Below, in pieces: positions 26,285 to 40,039 of a stretch of 64,000 bases of DNA; position 1 is the stretch's first letter, and every line of letters starts with the position of its first letter. This DNA comes from Epiperipatus broadwayi. Its lineage: Eukaryota; Animalia; Onychophora. The stretch is taken from assembly GCA_028023455.1 (NCBI GenBank), contig JAQFVV010000007.1:15872001-15936000 (forward strand), given 5' to 3'. The position numbers and the translations under genes are program-made. The notes beneath the pieces are model-generated. The model was not told the DNA's origin, made no database searches, and saw only the letters and a list, made by a program, of their open reading frames with translations.

Positions 26285-27519
26285 CATGCTTTCTGATGGT
26301 TAATATTATGTAATACATTGAGATTAATATTCTAACACTGGTTTAAACACAAGATAAAATTTTGTAAGAGCAGTCTGTCTTCTCTCTCTTGCCTCAATTT
26401 ACTTATAGAAGCTTATTGGGAGCACTTTGTAAAAAAAAAGCATGAAGACTCTAAATCAATCATATTTCTTTTTTAAAGTTATATCTCAAATTGGTTTATA
26501 TTATTTTAATTGAAATTTGCAAAGTTTTTCAATTTACAGCTTATCAATACTAAATCAAATAAAATATGTAATTACAAACTTCTATAAGTAAACTGAGATA
26601 GGAGAGAAAATACAGACTCTCTTTTCACTTAAATTTTTTTATCTTGTGCTTTGAATTGAGAATATTTAATTTACTTAACAAACCATCATTGGGCTATTAA
26701 TCTTGATGCATTATATATACACATAAGTGTATATATGAGTGTGTGTCCACTGTATAGAGACACCATTTTTTTATTCTTGCAGATTTTGCACTATTACTAG
26801 ATAAAATATCCTATAAATTGTTAAGTGTGCATGTACGTATGCAATAAAATGTCTTCTTATTACAATGTTTTAATTTATTTTGTCTATTCAAGACTAGAAC
26901 TTTTAAAGCTTAGTCAATGTAATTCCTATCATGTGCTTCAAAGCTGATTTCAGTGGCATTTATCCTAAATAATCTGTTTTTAATTTGGTGAGTTCTCCAA
27001 TGGCACTTTCATTACTGTGATGATGAAATTTACTTGTCTAACTGCTGGTTATTCTTTATGTATATATATTTGATGGTTTATTGCTTGGGGGTTCATAAAA
27101 AAAATTGTCTATAGGAAGTTACACATGTAGGAAGTGGTGTAGGTGGATCACAATCCATGGATCATGAGATCCAGATTTTGTCATTGCACTAAACCATATA
27201 GGATACCCTTTATTTCATTTAGCATTAGTCTTTTCTAGCATCATCCATGCTTCCAATGTGTTAGATTGCTCCTTAAGAAGATCAAAGTAAGACAATCCCT
27301 ACCTAGTTACTTTTGCTTTGAATGCAATTTTATTATTTTATTTTGCTGGTCTATATAGAAAATATTTTGAAAGTGTTAAATATAATGTTTTAAGCATGAT
27401 ACTGAGGATTGTTATTGCAAAGGCATCTCATATGTATTTTCCAAAGCCTTGATTAGAACTGTAGTTTTCTTTGTTTTCTTCTTCAGCATGGTTATAAAAA
27501 GTCACATGACATTTTCCAT

Positions 27520-27710
27520 CGACATTTCTGATATGTGTGGAAGATGATTATCTGGACCAACTTATGAGTGCTGGTTCAGCATGAAATATATTTATTGGTG
27601 ATTATTTATCGTTTCTGCATGTGTGTGGTCATGCGTATTAGTGGTATGAGATATTGTGGATAGTTGAAGGATGCTTGAAAGTCTGTGTTCAAATTCCCTA
27701 TATTTAAAGT
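27520..27710 (+). mobile_element. Family-B hammerhead-bearing repeat, partial copy
   Basis: CCAA-CTTATGA-GTGCTG-GTT-CAGCAT-GAAA-TATATTTA-TTGG (27557-27598) plus downstream sequence shared with 40660-40750. Confidence 0.8.
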
Positions 27711-28719
27711 TACTGGTTGATTCTTTAGTTGTTGAAAAATGATCTGAGATGGTAAGTAAAGTCAATTGTTCTTATATCCCATTCATTAGTTTAAAAATTA
27801 TTAAAACTAAAATTTTATCACATTTGAAATGCCATCGAATGTTTAATAATGAGAGAAATATTAGTAAAAGCCACATATAGTAAAATATTAAAATTAATAA
27901 ATAAAAGCATATATTACCATGGTTAAAAAATGAAAAATTTATAAACTAATATGACGAATCAGAAACTAGCTATCGATGATGAACTCCAGAAATTGCCACT
28001 GTACCAATACCATACTATGCAGTGCTTTAAAATCATTCATAATTTTTGTATTCTCTATTTTAAATACATAAATGTCCAATTTGTCTATATTTTTATATGA
28101 CTTCTGTTTTAAATATTTTTGGTATGTAGATAATCATATATAGAACATTGCTTTTGGCAAACATATCATAGAGAAATATAGTTTTAGACACTAACTTCGT
28201 GCGTATGCGTGCATGCTTATATTGATATTTAATCTGATTCTGTATTATCACTGGTAGTTAGGATTCAAATATCACGCACATACATTAAATTTTACTCCGT
28301 AAGACTTATATATATATATATATTTGTACTAGTTATTTAATTTTATATATGAATTACCCCCACCCCTCCACGATTTAAATTCGGAATTATAAAAAGTTTC
28401 ATGTTAACCAAATATTTTGCTTTGCGACTACTGTATATGAAAAATAAATAAATTAAACATTAATATTTTTTACAGCTAATAAAATACAAACTCATGGATA
28501 GATTTAGCAATATAGCATCGATCTTTGTGTAAATTTTATTAAAATTGAATCCAGGCGTTGCCCATAACAACAAGCTTAACAGTAAAATATTACTTATGTA
28601 TTTATGTGAACAGACGTGTTTACATATATGTAGGTAGTTATATGATTATCAATTTTGATTATTTGTTATTATGGGGTTTTTTTTTTCTTAAAACTTCTCA
28701 CTTTTATAAGTCACAAATA

Positions 28720-29100
28720 TGGTGGCATCATTCATGAGTGTTACATTCTTGTCAGCCACAAACTGTTCTGAATTATTGAAAGATTTTGAAACATAAATGT
28801 CCATCACGTTTGCCACCTTTGAAAAATGGAGTCATCACTCATTTAGCTTAAAGTGTACAATGTTCTCCACTCCCAGAAGTCATTTCAATAATGAAGGCAG
28901 AGTCATTCCAGTAAAGGGACAAAAACTGATGTGTGGTCACCGAGAATGTTTTAACAGTTTGCTGAAGTTCTTGATTAAATAATAGAGAAAAAATAATAGA
29001 ACTGAAGGCAGGGACACTACTGCTTAATAATGAAGTTGACCTAGCCCTGTGTGGCAAAAAAGTGAATTCTTTACCCACCTTTGCATTGTTAATAAACTTC
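28720..29100 (-). mobile_element. Heavily decayed LINE RT fragment (CR1/L2/Jockey-like)
   Basis: L*AK*VMTPFFKGG resembles 'LKxAKVxPIFKxG', followed by CFKIF; several frameshifts. Confidence 0.4.
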
Positions 29101-30449
29101 AATACTATATGTATACAATGAACGCAGAAGTGTACATATACAGTATATATACGCTTGAATCTTTAAAAAGATTTTCTAGTTATGTATACCTCCAATTCCC
29201 ATGATCTGAGAATGGAAAATGCATCTGGGGGGGGGGGACCCTAAAGTCCAAAATAAGCTTGAGATTTTCATTTAGGTAGCTACCCCCAACCCCAACTAAC
29301 CATTCATTTATTTCTAATAAATAGATATTTATTAGCTAAAAAAGAAAAGTTTTAGTAGATATTTTATCAATGCTTACGTATGCATCCAGGACGTGGATAC
29401 TCATAATAAGAGTAAATGAATTAAAAATGAAATACATGGGAGACAACACATTATTAAAATGATTAAGAAGAATAAAATGGAAGTGAGCTGTACATGTTGT
29501 TAGCGAATGTGACAGGGGATAATAAATAAACAACTATTCAATTGAACTCAACGATGTTGCAAAAAACATAAAAAGACTATATGAGATGATGACAGAGGTA
29601 AAGGCAAATTTTGGGAGTGATATGGTGAAGAAATGCTATAGGTTAAAGAAATTAAAATTGGAGAAATCATCCCACAATGAATTAATTGTGGCTAAAAATG
29701 TCGATGATAATAAAATGGGTATCTAAGTAATTATCTAGAGATAAAAGAAGTCCATAAACTCTCACCACTCTGTGTTTGACTATCCTTGTGATGATCATTC
29801 TTGTTTTTTGTTCTATCTGTTGGCTTTTCATATACCTTACTCTTTTTTTATTTTTAATTAGATGTTTTTTACTTTATAATATTTCATCACATAAATTCTA
29901 AGACATCTTTTAGTTGTTAAATATTATCCTAGTTTATTAACTATAGATGTAGTAGTTTTTGCAATTGCTTCAGTATTCCTAAGGAAAATTAGATGAAAAA
30001 TCTCAAAATAAGAATATATCTGCACTATTATGTTGATCCTCTACTATCACCTGGACTTCCTGGTTTGATGACATATAGAATGGAAGATTCTAGAGTTCAA
30101 AGTCCATGGGTAGTAGCCCAATTGGATGTATATGCTATTGAGCAATAAACCTTTTGATTTTATAACTCACAAGCAGTTGACTATACAAAAGTATGATTGC
30201 ATGATTATGTAAATACATTTGTACAAATATTAAACATTTACATATAAACAAATGAATAATTCAAGTATTTTTATCTGCTGCAGTAAAGCCTAAAAACACA
30301 TACCATCCAAAATGACTAGAGGTGCAGCAACCCTATATACAATTTCCATTTTGTTTCCAAGTACACAATTACAAATCATAACATTTCTGAACAAATAGTG
30401 TAATATGAAGCTTTTTAAAACCAAATTAGATAAAACACTTTAAATAACC

Positions 30450-30800
30450 CACTGCAGGACAGCAGCTTTTTCAACTGCCTCTTTCAGAAGAATAGTGAAA
30501 CAAAAGATAGCACTCACCATGCCAATAGCGATGATTTGATTGGTCTTTTATCCTTGTATTATTTCATACCAGAAAGGACCCAAATACCCATTTACTGATT
30601 AGAATTCTACTGAAATTTTCAATTTTATCTAATCTGGATTCAAACTCAGGTATTCTGCATTGAAGACAGATGATTGAAATTGTTTCATGAGGGGATTCAA
30701 TTCCAGATGTTCAGCATTAAAGCCAATGCTCAAATATTATTTTATGAGGGGAACTGAACCCATGTTTTTTTGCATTAAAAAGAGATGCTCAAACCATTGT
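30450..30800 (-). mobile_element. SINE with three tandem tRNA-like heads and CAGTAAATGGGTA body
   Basis: Three ~57-bp units (starting ~30636, 30691, 30748) each end on the minus strand in a B-box-like motif (GAGTTTGAATCC, GGAATTGAATCC, GGGTTCAGTTCC). Body motif at 30586-30598. Confidence 0.55.
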
Positions 30801-31699
30801 TAAGATAGACACATTTTAATTCTCACTTTACCACTTTCAATAGTATTGACTTTAAAAAAAAATCAAATTTTTAGCAATACAAAAAGGAAGCAAGTTTTAA
30901 GTTACATTCAAATTAAATCTACATTGTGGGGGTGATAGATACAAGATGCATCTATTGATAGACAAAATAGTATGTAGCTATTAGCATTTATTAACTCAAA
31001 GATAAAGAAGACAAAATCTGATTTGGTTATATATTTGATGTATTTTCTAAACAACCCATGATTTTATTATAAATCCATTCTTATCATTAATAAGAGATGA
31101 TTCATGTGCACATCGGCCCTGCACTCATGTTTTAATATTAAATTCTTTCTGAAAGACAGATTGAATAACTAGGCAATAGTTAATTATGTTGGTAGTTTAC
31201 CATTGAATGTCATTCCATGATTTATGATATCATTTCAACTTTAGAATTAAAGAAATTGAGATGCCTCATGCCCTGTATTTAAATCATAGGCAGGTAAAAA
31301 TTACAAATCTTTTTGATACCAATCAAGTGTAGGATCTCCCCTCCCCCCAGATAATAATCTTCTAGCCAAAAATACCTGTAAATTGTGGATAAAATAGTAT
31401 CGAGATATTCCCTGCTAAGGATAAAGTAAGGTTGGAAAAGCACTCAAATCACCCCAGCCAGAATTTGTCAAACTTTGTGAAAAATGGGTTCTACTGTTCT
31501 TCTATGCAGATCTCATAGAAAATTCTCTGTTCTGCAGCAGATGATTAAAAAGTCATTTTACCTTTGCATTTATGCTTTCTGCATTTACATGAACAACAAC
31601 TTTAGATCAAATTATTTATCATTATTTTCAACCATCTAAATTCACTGCCGGATTAAGTCTTTCCGAGTTTAATCAATTTCCTCTAATCCTCAGTCTCTC

Positions 31700-32110
31700 A
31701 CATCCACAATATATCACTTCATTCATCCATCTCACATATGGTCTCCATTTAGGTTTTTTTTTTTTTTTTTACAATCTTTTGAAATACAATTTATCATCTC
31801 TTCTAGCAGTATAACACCAGCTTCCATTTCAATCATTTAACTGTTTCAATAATGTCTGTAACACTTATTTGTTCTCTCACCCATGTATTTTGTTTTCAAT
31901 CTTTCTTGTTACTCCTAATATATATGGATCCTATATTTCATTGACTACTCTGAAATCTCTATATTTTTTTTTTATTGGTAAGGCGCATCTATTAAAAAAC
32001 TTTTTTTTTCAAAACATTTCTAATATCAAACTTATTTATTTTAAAATGACTGCCATCCACATTTAATTCTGTGATAAATTTCATTCACTATATTTCCATC
32101 TATGTTAATA
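31700..32110 (-). mobile_element. RTE-clade LINE 3' fragment
   Basis: GNIVNEIYHRIKCGWQSF ... SVTDIIETVK*LKWK ... ARRDD ... RP.VRW, typical of the RTE C-terminus. Confidence 0.7.
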
Positions 32111-33224
32111 ATGTGACTATGGTATTTGTTAATATCAATATATATATATATATATTTTAAAAAATCTATTAAACATTGCTAATTATAAATAATAATTTTA
32201 TTAAGAGATTGTAATGAATTAATGATTATAATTATCAGTGATCATCAATGTATATATCAGCGATCACCAATGTATATATCAGCCATGATTAGTATCAAAA
32301 TTGTGGGTAATTAATTTTTTGATAATCAATGTTATAAGTTGGTATTAACAAATACTGAACGCATGAGGAAGATATGTATAAGAGGTTTGAAGGGTGCTGG
32401 TTCAGATCTTTTTCAGATGTCTTTGTTTATATATTTTGAGAATGTGTGGTTGAGCGAAAGTATTTATTCAATATTGTCTTAAATTGTCAAATCAATTTAA
32501 AAATAAAAATAGGTTGTATATGCATACATACACGTACATTTTATTAGAAATGAACACATTTCTCGAGACTTTTTTTTAACGCAGAATATTAAACATATAG
32601 CTGAGCTTTTTTTTTTTATACAAAATAGAAAAGATATAGGAGTGCGCCACAGTCATAATTAGAAAGTAGGAGGAGAAAAATAATACCAACCAGCAATTGG
32701 AATGAGCCTCCATGTAATTGTAAATAGATTTAAAAGCACATTTAGACGTAATAGCAAATGTGACAATAAAACATTAAAAAAAAAAAGGGAAGAAACAAGT
32801 TATTAAAATCATAAAATTAAAATCAAAAGGTGTTGATGCGTAGGAATCATAGTTTATGATAATAGCTCTAGAAGCAAAGCTTTAACGCAACTAAATAAAA
32901 ACAACAGCAGAATTTAAGCTTGTGAAATGTACAAATAAAAAGTTGATATGTCTGTTTTCTTCAGTATATATTCAGTGTTTTTTTTGCTACTGGCGTAGTA
33001 TTGGTTTGCGTTATTGAAGGCAAGTTTATGTAACCTTAAGGTTATATGTAACGTTAGATGATTTGTCGAACATTTAAAAGATAGCAAAATTACAATTAGT
33101 AAATACTTGAATTTTTTTTTTATGCATGTATACGCACTTGCTCATATTTATACACACACAATCCCAATCGTGCATCTTCAGATTTAAAACATAGAGACTG
33201 AGTGAGTCTTTATAATCAGCTCTC

Positions 33225-33326
33225 TTTTTTTCATGTGTCATAGCATCGGCTGGGAAGCGAACCCGCTAACCAGGGACAACTTCTTGTAAGGCAGCGGTGC
33301 TGACCTCTCGACCACCAACGCTTGAC
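33225..33326 (-). mobile_element. tRNA-Gly-derived short SINE, second copy
   Basis: Same leader GTCAA, same TAC anticodon variant, same T-arm insertion and TATGACACATG-An tail as 7788-7891. Confidence 0.85.
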
Positions 33327-33475
33327 TATATTCAGCTTCTATGTTGACAATTCATAGAATAGAAAGAAAAAAAAAACAATTGGATTTCCTACTTTAGTCA
33401 TACCATATGTTATATATAATATTCATTGGTATATTACTTTGGGTCTTTGCGAGTGGTAGAGTTGGACCATAATTC

Positions 33476-33529
33476 ATGGGTGATGAGCTTTCGGAGTTGA
33501 CAACGTTGCCTCTGCTTCAAATCATGCAG
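33476..33529 (+). CDS. Candidate first coding exon (MGDELSELTTLPLLQIMQ), product unknown
   Basis: ATG with an in-frame upstream stop, 18 open codons of non-AT-biased sequence, CAG|GTAATA donor, inside a CpG-rich patch. No homology recognised. Confidence 0.25.
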
Positions 33530-33999
33530 GTAATATCACGCGTTATAATTTATTAGTGTAATATTTTTGAAAAAGTTGATGGTGAAAGGATAATCCACAC
33601 TTTTGGGCAGTCTGAAAAATCATTCTGGAGATATCTCTATTTATCATAATATCCAGGAGTTATATCAACTTAATGACTTATAATAGCAGTAATACCTTAA
33701 TTTGGATACTTCCATATTCATTTCCATTTAGCGGTTTTTTTTTAATACGTCATAGTATTTTGTGTGTGCGCGCATGCAAATTTCTCAAGTCTGTGTTCTC
33801 TCTCATTTCTATTATCTTAGACAAATTTATCCACAGCATTGCCATCTTTCAATTGTTTTACAAGTTTAGCATTCAAGTTTCCTATGATAAATTTTAAAAT
33901 GGGGTTTAGTGCAGAATTGGATTATATTTTGACTAACAGAAAATAAGTATTTCAAGATTGTTATGTTCTTAATAGATATAAACACAGGAAGTGATCATC

Positions 34000-34780
34000 G
34001 ATTATGTACGAATGCAAAAGTAGAGAGATGAAATTTAACTATTCAATCTTTAGAAATCTTCCAATGAGTTGAAATTAGAACTTGCTAAATAATTTTAAAG
34101 TATTGATAGGCTTCTAAGATGATTCAAGGTTAATTAAGATCAATAAGAAAGTGAATGAAATTTACTAAGAACTGCAACAAAGATAGCTAATACAAAGTAA
34201 ATTTTAATTGAGCTAAAAATATATGAAGAAAGAGGGTAGGTGAAAATATTTAAAATTAATCCATTAAGAAAAATTGAAGATCTAGAGCTTTATACAATAA
34301 TAAAAAAAAAAAATTAATAATGATGTAAGAAAAATATAATTGTGGATTGGCAAGGAAAGCTTATATAAAAGAGAATAAAAGTTTCAAAAGCATAAAACAA
34401 CACATTGGCAGAAAGATTATTTCATCAGTAATAAAATGAAACTATACTAAAAAGGAAAATGACATGATGAAATATTTTCAGAGAATTATATAGTAATGAA
34501 AAACAAAAGAATCACAACAATGACTATATTTTAATTTGCCAAGCATCCTAAATGGAGAGGTGAGAAAGGTGATTAAATCTACAAATAAGAGAAACATTCC
34601 TGTGATTGATGGAGTTATTATTAATATTTTAAAAGAAGCAAGTGAAGAAATAGATAATCTGTTGGCAAAATGATGAACCAAAAAGTATCTATATGATGAA
34701 AATATACCAGATGATTAAGAACTATGCAGTAGTAATAATGATATTTAAGAAAGGTGATAAAGATGATATTAGAAATTATA
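34000..34780 (+). mobile_element. RTE-clade LINE fragment (region upstream of RT), interrupted by nested insertions
   Basis: EVRKVIKSTNKRNIPVIDGVIINILKEA...IPDD*...KGDKDDIRNY. The frame resumes after the insertions as LLTV.CKIFTR. Confidence 0.8.
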
Positions 34781-34855
34781 ATAGTAAAATAAAATCAAGT
34801 CATATATCATGTGACAGCTTGTTAAGCTTGTAATTATAAAATAATGAGCATGCTA

Positions 34856-35145
34856 TGCCGCAAGAGAAAGCATTTAAAAATCTTTGTTTAGAAATTATCC
34901 CCACCCCAACCCATTTCATGATATTGGCTCTCATCAGTGAGGCACTAGGATATTTCAGACACTAGATCTAAAATACCAACTCAAGGCCAGCACTTATCTG
35001 ATACTTAACTATTAAGTAAAAAATCTGAAATTTTCAGACACATATGTCTTCAAATCCAGATATCTAACTTAAATAGCTATATGGATCTGAAAACTCTTCA
35101 GCCACACCATATAGCAATGTAATATAACTTAAGAGCTTAAAATCA
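34856..35145 (-). mobile_element. Family-A hammerhead-bearing repeat (decayed), flanked by ~82-bp direct repeats
   Basis: Minus strand CCTCA-CTGATGA-GAGCCAATATCAT-GAAA-TGGGT-TGGGG. Upstream CTGAAGAGTTTTCAGATCCATATAGC matches 41298-41330. Direct repeats at 34773-34855 and 35146-35227. Confidence 0.65.
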
Positions 35146-35246
35146 AAATTATAATAGTAAATAAAATCAAGTCATATCATGTGACTTGATAAGCTTGTAA
35201 TTATAAAATAAAATAATAAGCATGCTAATAGCTTAATCTTCTAACA

Positions 35247-35780
35247 CAGTGGTCTTCAACCTTTTCACACCTGCGGACCGGTAAAAATAAGGATAAGTTT
35301 CCGCGGACCAGCAAAAATAAGGATAAGATTTCGCAGACCGGCAGAAGTCTATAGATAAATTTTCTTAAAGATAATCATAATTGTTATAACTGATCAAAAC
35401 AACAATGTTAAATATATAAGATAAAGTTTTATATATATATATATATGGAGTTTATATAATAAAAAACTTTTTTTTTTAATTTTTTTTAGAAAAGTAATAA
35501 AAAATTTAATTCTACACCCCCTCCCACCCCATAAACATCTGTGATAACTAGAAAAACAAATTAATTTATAAATGATTGATTAGATTTTGTTTTCATTCTG
35601 TTTTCTTTTCTTTTTTTAATTGGGTAAAAATGAGATAAATAAAAATTGGCTATATTAATTAAAAGTTTAAACTCTTATTATTTATTATTACAAACTTTTT
35701 ATTGCCCGTCTAGCACGCGGACCTGCAGAAAAGTTCCACAGCCCAGTGCCGGGCCACGGACCAAGGATTGAAGAACACTG
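35247..35780 (+). mobile_element. hAT (Buster/Charlie-type) MITE
   Basis: TIRs CAGTGGTCTTCAACC / GGATTGAAGAACACTG. Perfect 8-bp TSD TTCTAACA (35239-35246, 35781-35788) with the central TA typical of Buster-type targets. Confidence 0.95.
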
Positions 35781-35788
35781 TTCTAACA

Positions 35789-36010
35789 GTCCGATGCAAA
35801 ATCTTTACCAGATAATTGCAACTTATCTGCAATGAACTCTGAATTCTAACTAATAAAAGAACAAGCTGGATTTAAAAGTAGATTTTAGGACAGTGGATCA
35901 TATCCAAGTATTGAGGGAAACTATGGAAAGGGAGAATAAATGTGAGTTGCCATAATGTATTGGATTCATAGATTTTGAAGTGTCATTTGATTTCCACAGT
36001 GATAGCAAGA
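35789..36010 (+). mobile_element. RTE LINE RT motif 1-2 fragment (continuation of 34000-34780)
   Basis: CKIFTR ... KEQAGF ... TVDHIQVLRETME ... IGFIDFE.SFD. Confidence 0.8.
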
Positions 36011-37269
36011 GATTGTAAAAGATATAAAAAAGCATCATATGTGATATGGAAGGTTAAAATAAAATTTGCCTGTGTGATGAGGAAAAAAGAGACTATGGAT
36101 CAGATAAACTGGATTAAATTTTTGAGAGGTCTTAATCCTGCAATAAAGTGATAATGGGTGAAACTGATGTACAATATTAAATAATATGATTCTGATTATT
36201 TACAATTAAATAAAATTAATTTTGGACAAAATAATCTTTTTAAAATGAACTACATATAAAATTAAAAAAAATAAAAAGTTGAAACTGAAATTTGCTTATT
36301 CAGCTTTAGAAAACAGTAATAATATTTGGTAAATAATTGTATTGCAAGTGGAAAAATTTATAACTTAAATGATGTACCCATTTCCTATCTTTGGAAATAG
36401 TCTCACTGAAGGGCATTTTATTTTGAGACCTCTATATATAGGATCCTGTACATTCTATTTACTTTATCTATTTTTCACTTTTCCATATTCTGGAAATGTT
36501 AGGTTCAACATAATTAGGGTTTTTTTTTAGAGGATCAAAAAGTATTTCAATTCTTTGATCCATAGCACATTATTTAGAGATACTATAAATATTAGATAAT
36601 GGATTTTATTTGCCACATTTGATTCTATGTAAATTACAGTACTTGTAAAGTTTCCATATTATTGTTTTTGAATAAACTTTCTCCATAATTTACAAGTCTA
36701 TTCAAATTTAATCTCATTTTTCAATCTAAAACATTATTTCTTCACATCACTCCAGAATTTTTTTTTTTTATCTTATCCATCTCTATTCGATATAGCTATA
36801 TCTTATAAAGTCTATTACAATCCTGTTTAAGACTTTTATGTTTATTTTATTTTATCTGGATAATGTTCACCATTTCATTTTGGCCTCTTATTTTTTTCAA
36901 TATAATTAGTAATACAGCAGTAATGCTCATTGTTTTAATTGTAAATTTTGTTTTTCCAGATTAATCATGGAGTTCATTTCTTATATACTTCACTATGTTA
37001 TGTAAAGTCTGTATAGATTTTTTTAGATTTACAAGGAAGATTTGGTAAAATGTATATTTTTAAAAATCTTCTTTTTCCAATTCACAACCCTATTTTCTTT
37101 TTAATATCAAGTTATTTGTAATGTTTAAGGACATACTTTCTTGGATTTCCAAGCTAAAATTATTTAAGCAATTGAAAACTATATTTTATTTATTAAGAAA
37201 GGATATACTTTATAATATTGAATATTTCAGTATAGTAGAATGCTAAATACTGAAATATTCAATTTAACA

Positions 37270-37660
37270 GAATCTGTAGATTACAGGGATAGATGCATTC
37301 TAAATTAATAATTGGAAATGAAACCAAAATATACTGGGAAGGAATAAACATAAATTACTAGCATTTTTGAAAGAGTTAAGAGGTCAAAAATGGAATTGGA
37401 ATGGGTATGATACTAAACAAGATGAAATTAGAAATGTCTAATGTTTATCAATATATTAGGTATAAATAATGTTAAATATATTTAAAAGTAAGATTAAAAT
37501 GCCATAGGAAATTCTATATTGACATTCATTAGTGTATATCTATAATTTCTGGATTGATGTAGGCATGATACTAAACAAAATGAAATTGGAGAAATTAGAT
37601 GCATATCAATATATCAAAGACATGTTATTAATTATATATAAAAGTAAAATTAAAATGACT
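37270..37660 (+). mobile_element. Decayed LINE RT C-terminal fragment with ~160-bp internal duplication
   Basis: ATGATACTAAACAA.ATGAAATT..TATCAATATAT..TAAAAGTAA.ATTAAAATG occurs twice; weak RTE-like translation. Confidence 0.4.
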
Positions 37661-40039
37661 TAGGAAGTACTATATCCAGATCCAGTAATACACATACATA
37701 CATACACACACACAATGAATTGAACCTCTGCTATAACTTGTAAATGACATGAAGACCTTAAAATAGAGAATAAAGTATAAAAAAAATAATTTAAATAAAG
37801 CACGTATACTTTCACTGCCTTAACATTATACTCATGATCATAAAAAGAAAATACTTTTACTGTTAAAAATAAAATAGAAAACATTTTTTTGCTTATTCTT
37901 CATATGTTTATTTTCAACAATAAACCAAAGCCCCTTTAATCTCCCCCTTCCTATCATTTCTGTCTTTACTAAGCAGCTCAACAATATTTGGATCAAAACC
38001 ATGTCTACATTTAAAGTGCAGACACATTTGTTAAGTTAGCTTGAGCTTTTCTGTACCTATGCAAATGCTACAACATTTTATTCTCAAATTCACCATAGTT
38101 TATATAAATGGGCATTCTAATTAGCAACATCCCACATCATATATATTATTATATCAGTTCCATTTATTTTATTTTTTGTATTATTAATTAACCTGCTGAC
38201 ATTCACAGGTGTCCTAAAGTCAATATTAAACTTATCTGCATATATTTCAATTTTGTTCCCAATGCAATGTCCATTTTTTTATCATTCCTAACTTTTCCAA
38301 TCTTGTATATTTCTTTTTAAAATTCTCTACTTATCTAACATCAGTTTTTCCAAAGTCAAATTTTGCAGTTCGGAAATATACATTTTTATATTCATAATTT
38401 TGTCAGACTTAATTCACAGGTTTAAAAGCATTTTTGCATTGAAACAACTCTTTATTTAAGTTCAAAATCTGACAAAATTATGAATTTGGAAATTTATATT
38501 GTGATATGGTAAAATCTGGTTTTATTTAAAGCTGATATTTATAAATATGGAGAATATTTCAAAATAAATATATATAATATTGGAAAAGTTAAAAATGATT
38601 TTTAAAAATGTCAAGTTACTGTTACAAATATAAGAATGATCTAAAACAAGGATGACCACAGTTCTTTTACATAACTCTGCGCTCATTTTTAAATTTTATT
38701 TGATAAACACACACCATACTGTCGAATATATGAATACTTACTGTCTTAGAGAAGCCAGTTTTTATATACAATGTATCTCTTACGTCTTCTGTTTCATCTT
38801 TTTTGTTGATAATATTTATATTATTTTACTTGTATTAATGTGTTGTGAATATAGGAGTGAAATCAGTTATTTTATTATTTTATGTTTCTGCTCTTTTAAA
38901 TTTATCTGTTGTTTCAAAAATAATTTTTATTTATAGAAGATAGTAATATATATTAAGGCCATAACCTTGAGACTATGGGCCTAGATGCGACAGTAGGGAC
39001 CTCTACAAATCTTAGCACAAGATTAACGACTTTAAAAAACAATAGCGGCAGTTAATAATTCCCATGTGTTGTTTTGCAGATTAAGTAATTGATCATTGTT
39101 AAACTTGCACAGACAATCATTTTAAACAAAAAATTCCTTCAGTCATTGTTTTAAATTTATTTGAAATATTATACTCTGTTTGGATGAAATTCTTAATACC
39201 TTTCACAAATATGTTTTCCTTTGAAAGATATTTTTTACATTTGACGATTATCTAACTTTATCATTCTCCACCATTCCTTGTGGAAGCTTTTCTATAATCT
39301 CACGTATCATCTACCCATTTCGTTTTTTCATACAGTCACAATTGATCTCTTCTTGCATATAATCAATTATGACGATATTTTTCGTAAACATCCAGGAAGC
39401 CCATGGGCGGTAACCTTTGTTGGTTTTATAAAAGGAATTATCATATATTGCAATTAAGTTGTCACTTATAATCATTAACAATAAAATTTATTTTATAATT
39501 ATGTCTTGATAAGATTTGTATTCAGTAATTTACATAGTAAAATTTTTACTTATTATTTTGAAGGCATCAAGTGACTAAAATTATATGCTTGGATTCATTT
39601 TACCTCTAAGACAATTGACTATATGATTACTTTTATCTATCAGTTTAGGTTAGTAGCAGTAGTGATTAACTCAAGAGCAAATAATTTCTCAATCTATTAA
39701 AACTGAGGTAAAAAGAAAATAGTTTTGTAAATTGAACAGGATGTTGAGGATTAGCTGGTATTTCCGTTGCTGTGATGTCACATGACATCCTAAATAACTG
39801 ACAATGCAATTTACCATGTGACATGTATATTTATTTGTGAGATTGCGTATTTCTCTGCAATATACTGGTTCTAATACAGTACTAAGGACTTATTTTTTAA
39901 AATATGGTTTTTACATTTTCCCATATTTTACATGTGTGTTTATAAATTAATTTTCTTATATTAATGTATTTAGTACATATTTAATTCTAAGGCAGTATGT
40001 AATTTGCTTATTCTGACTGTTTTTTATACATGTAAAGAG

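Noticed and set aside
27950-27975. ATGACGA-ATCA-GAAACTAG resembling the family-A core
   Set aside because: No room for helix II, no helix I and no family flanks.
30065-30095. TTGATGA-CAT/ATG-GAAG hammerhead-like string
   Set aside because: GAAG instead of GAAA, and no helix I or III.
37218-37262. 16-bp perfect inverted repeat (also a 17-bp one at ~38391-38484)
   Set aside because: Isolated short AT-rich hairpins with no family or functional motif; probably MITE debris.
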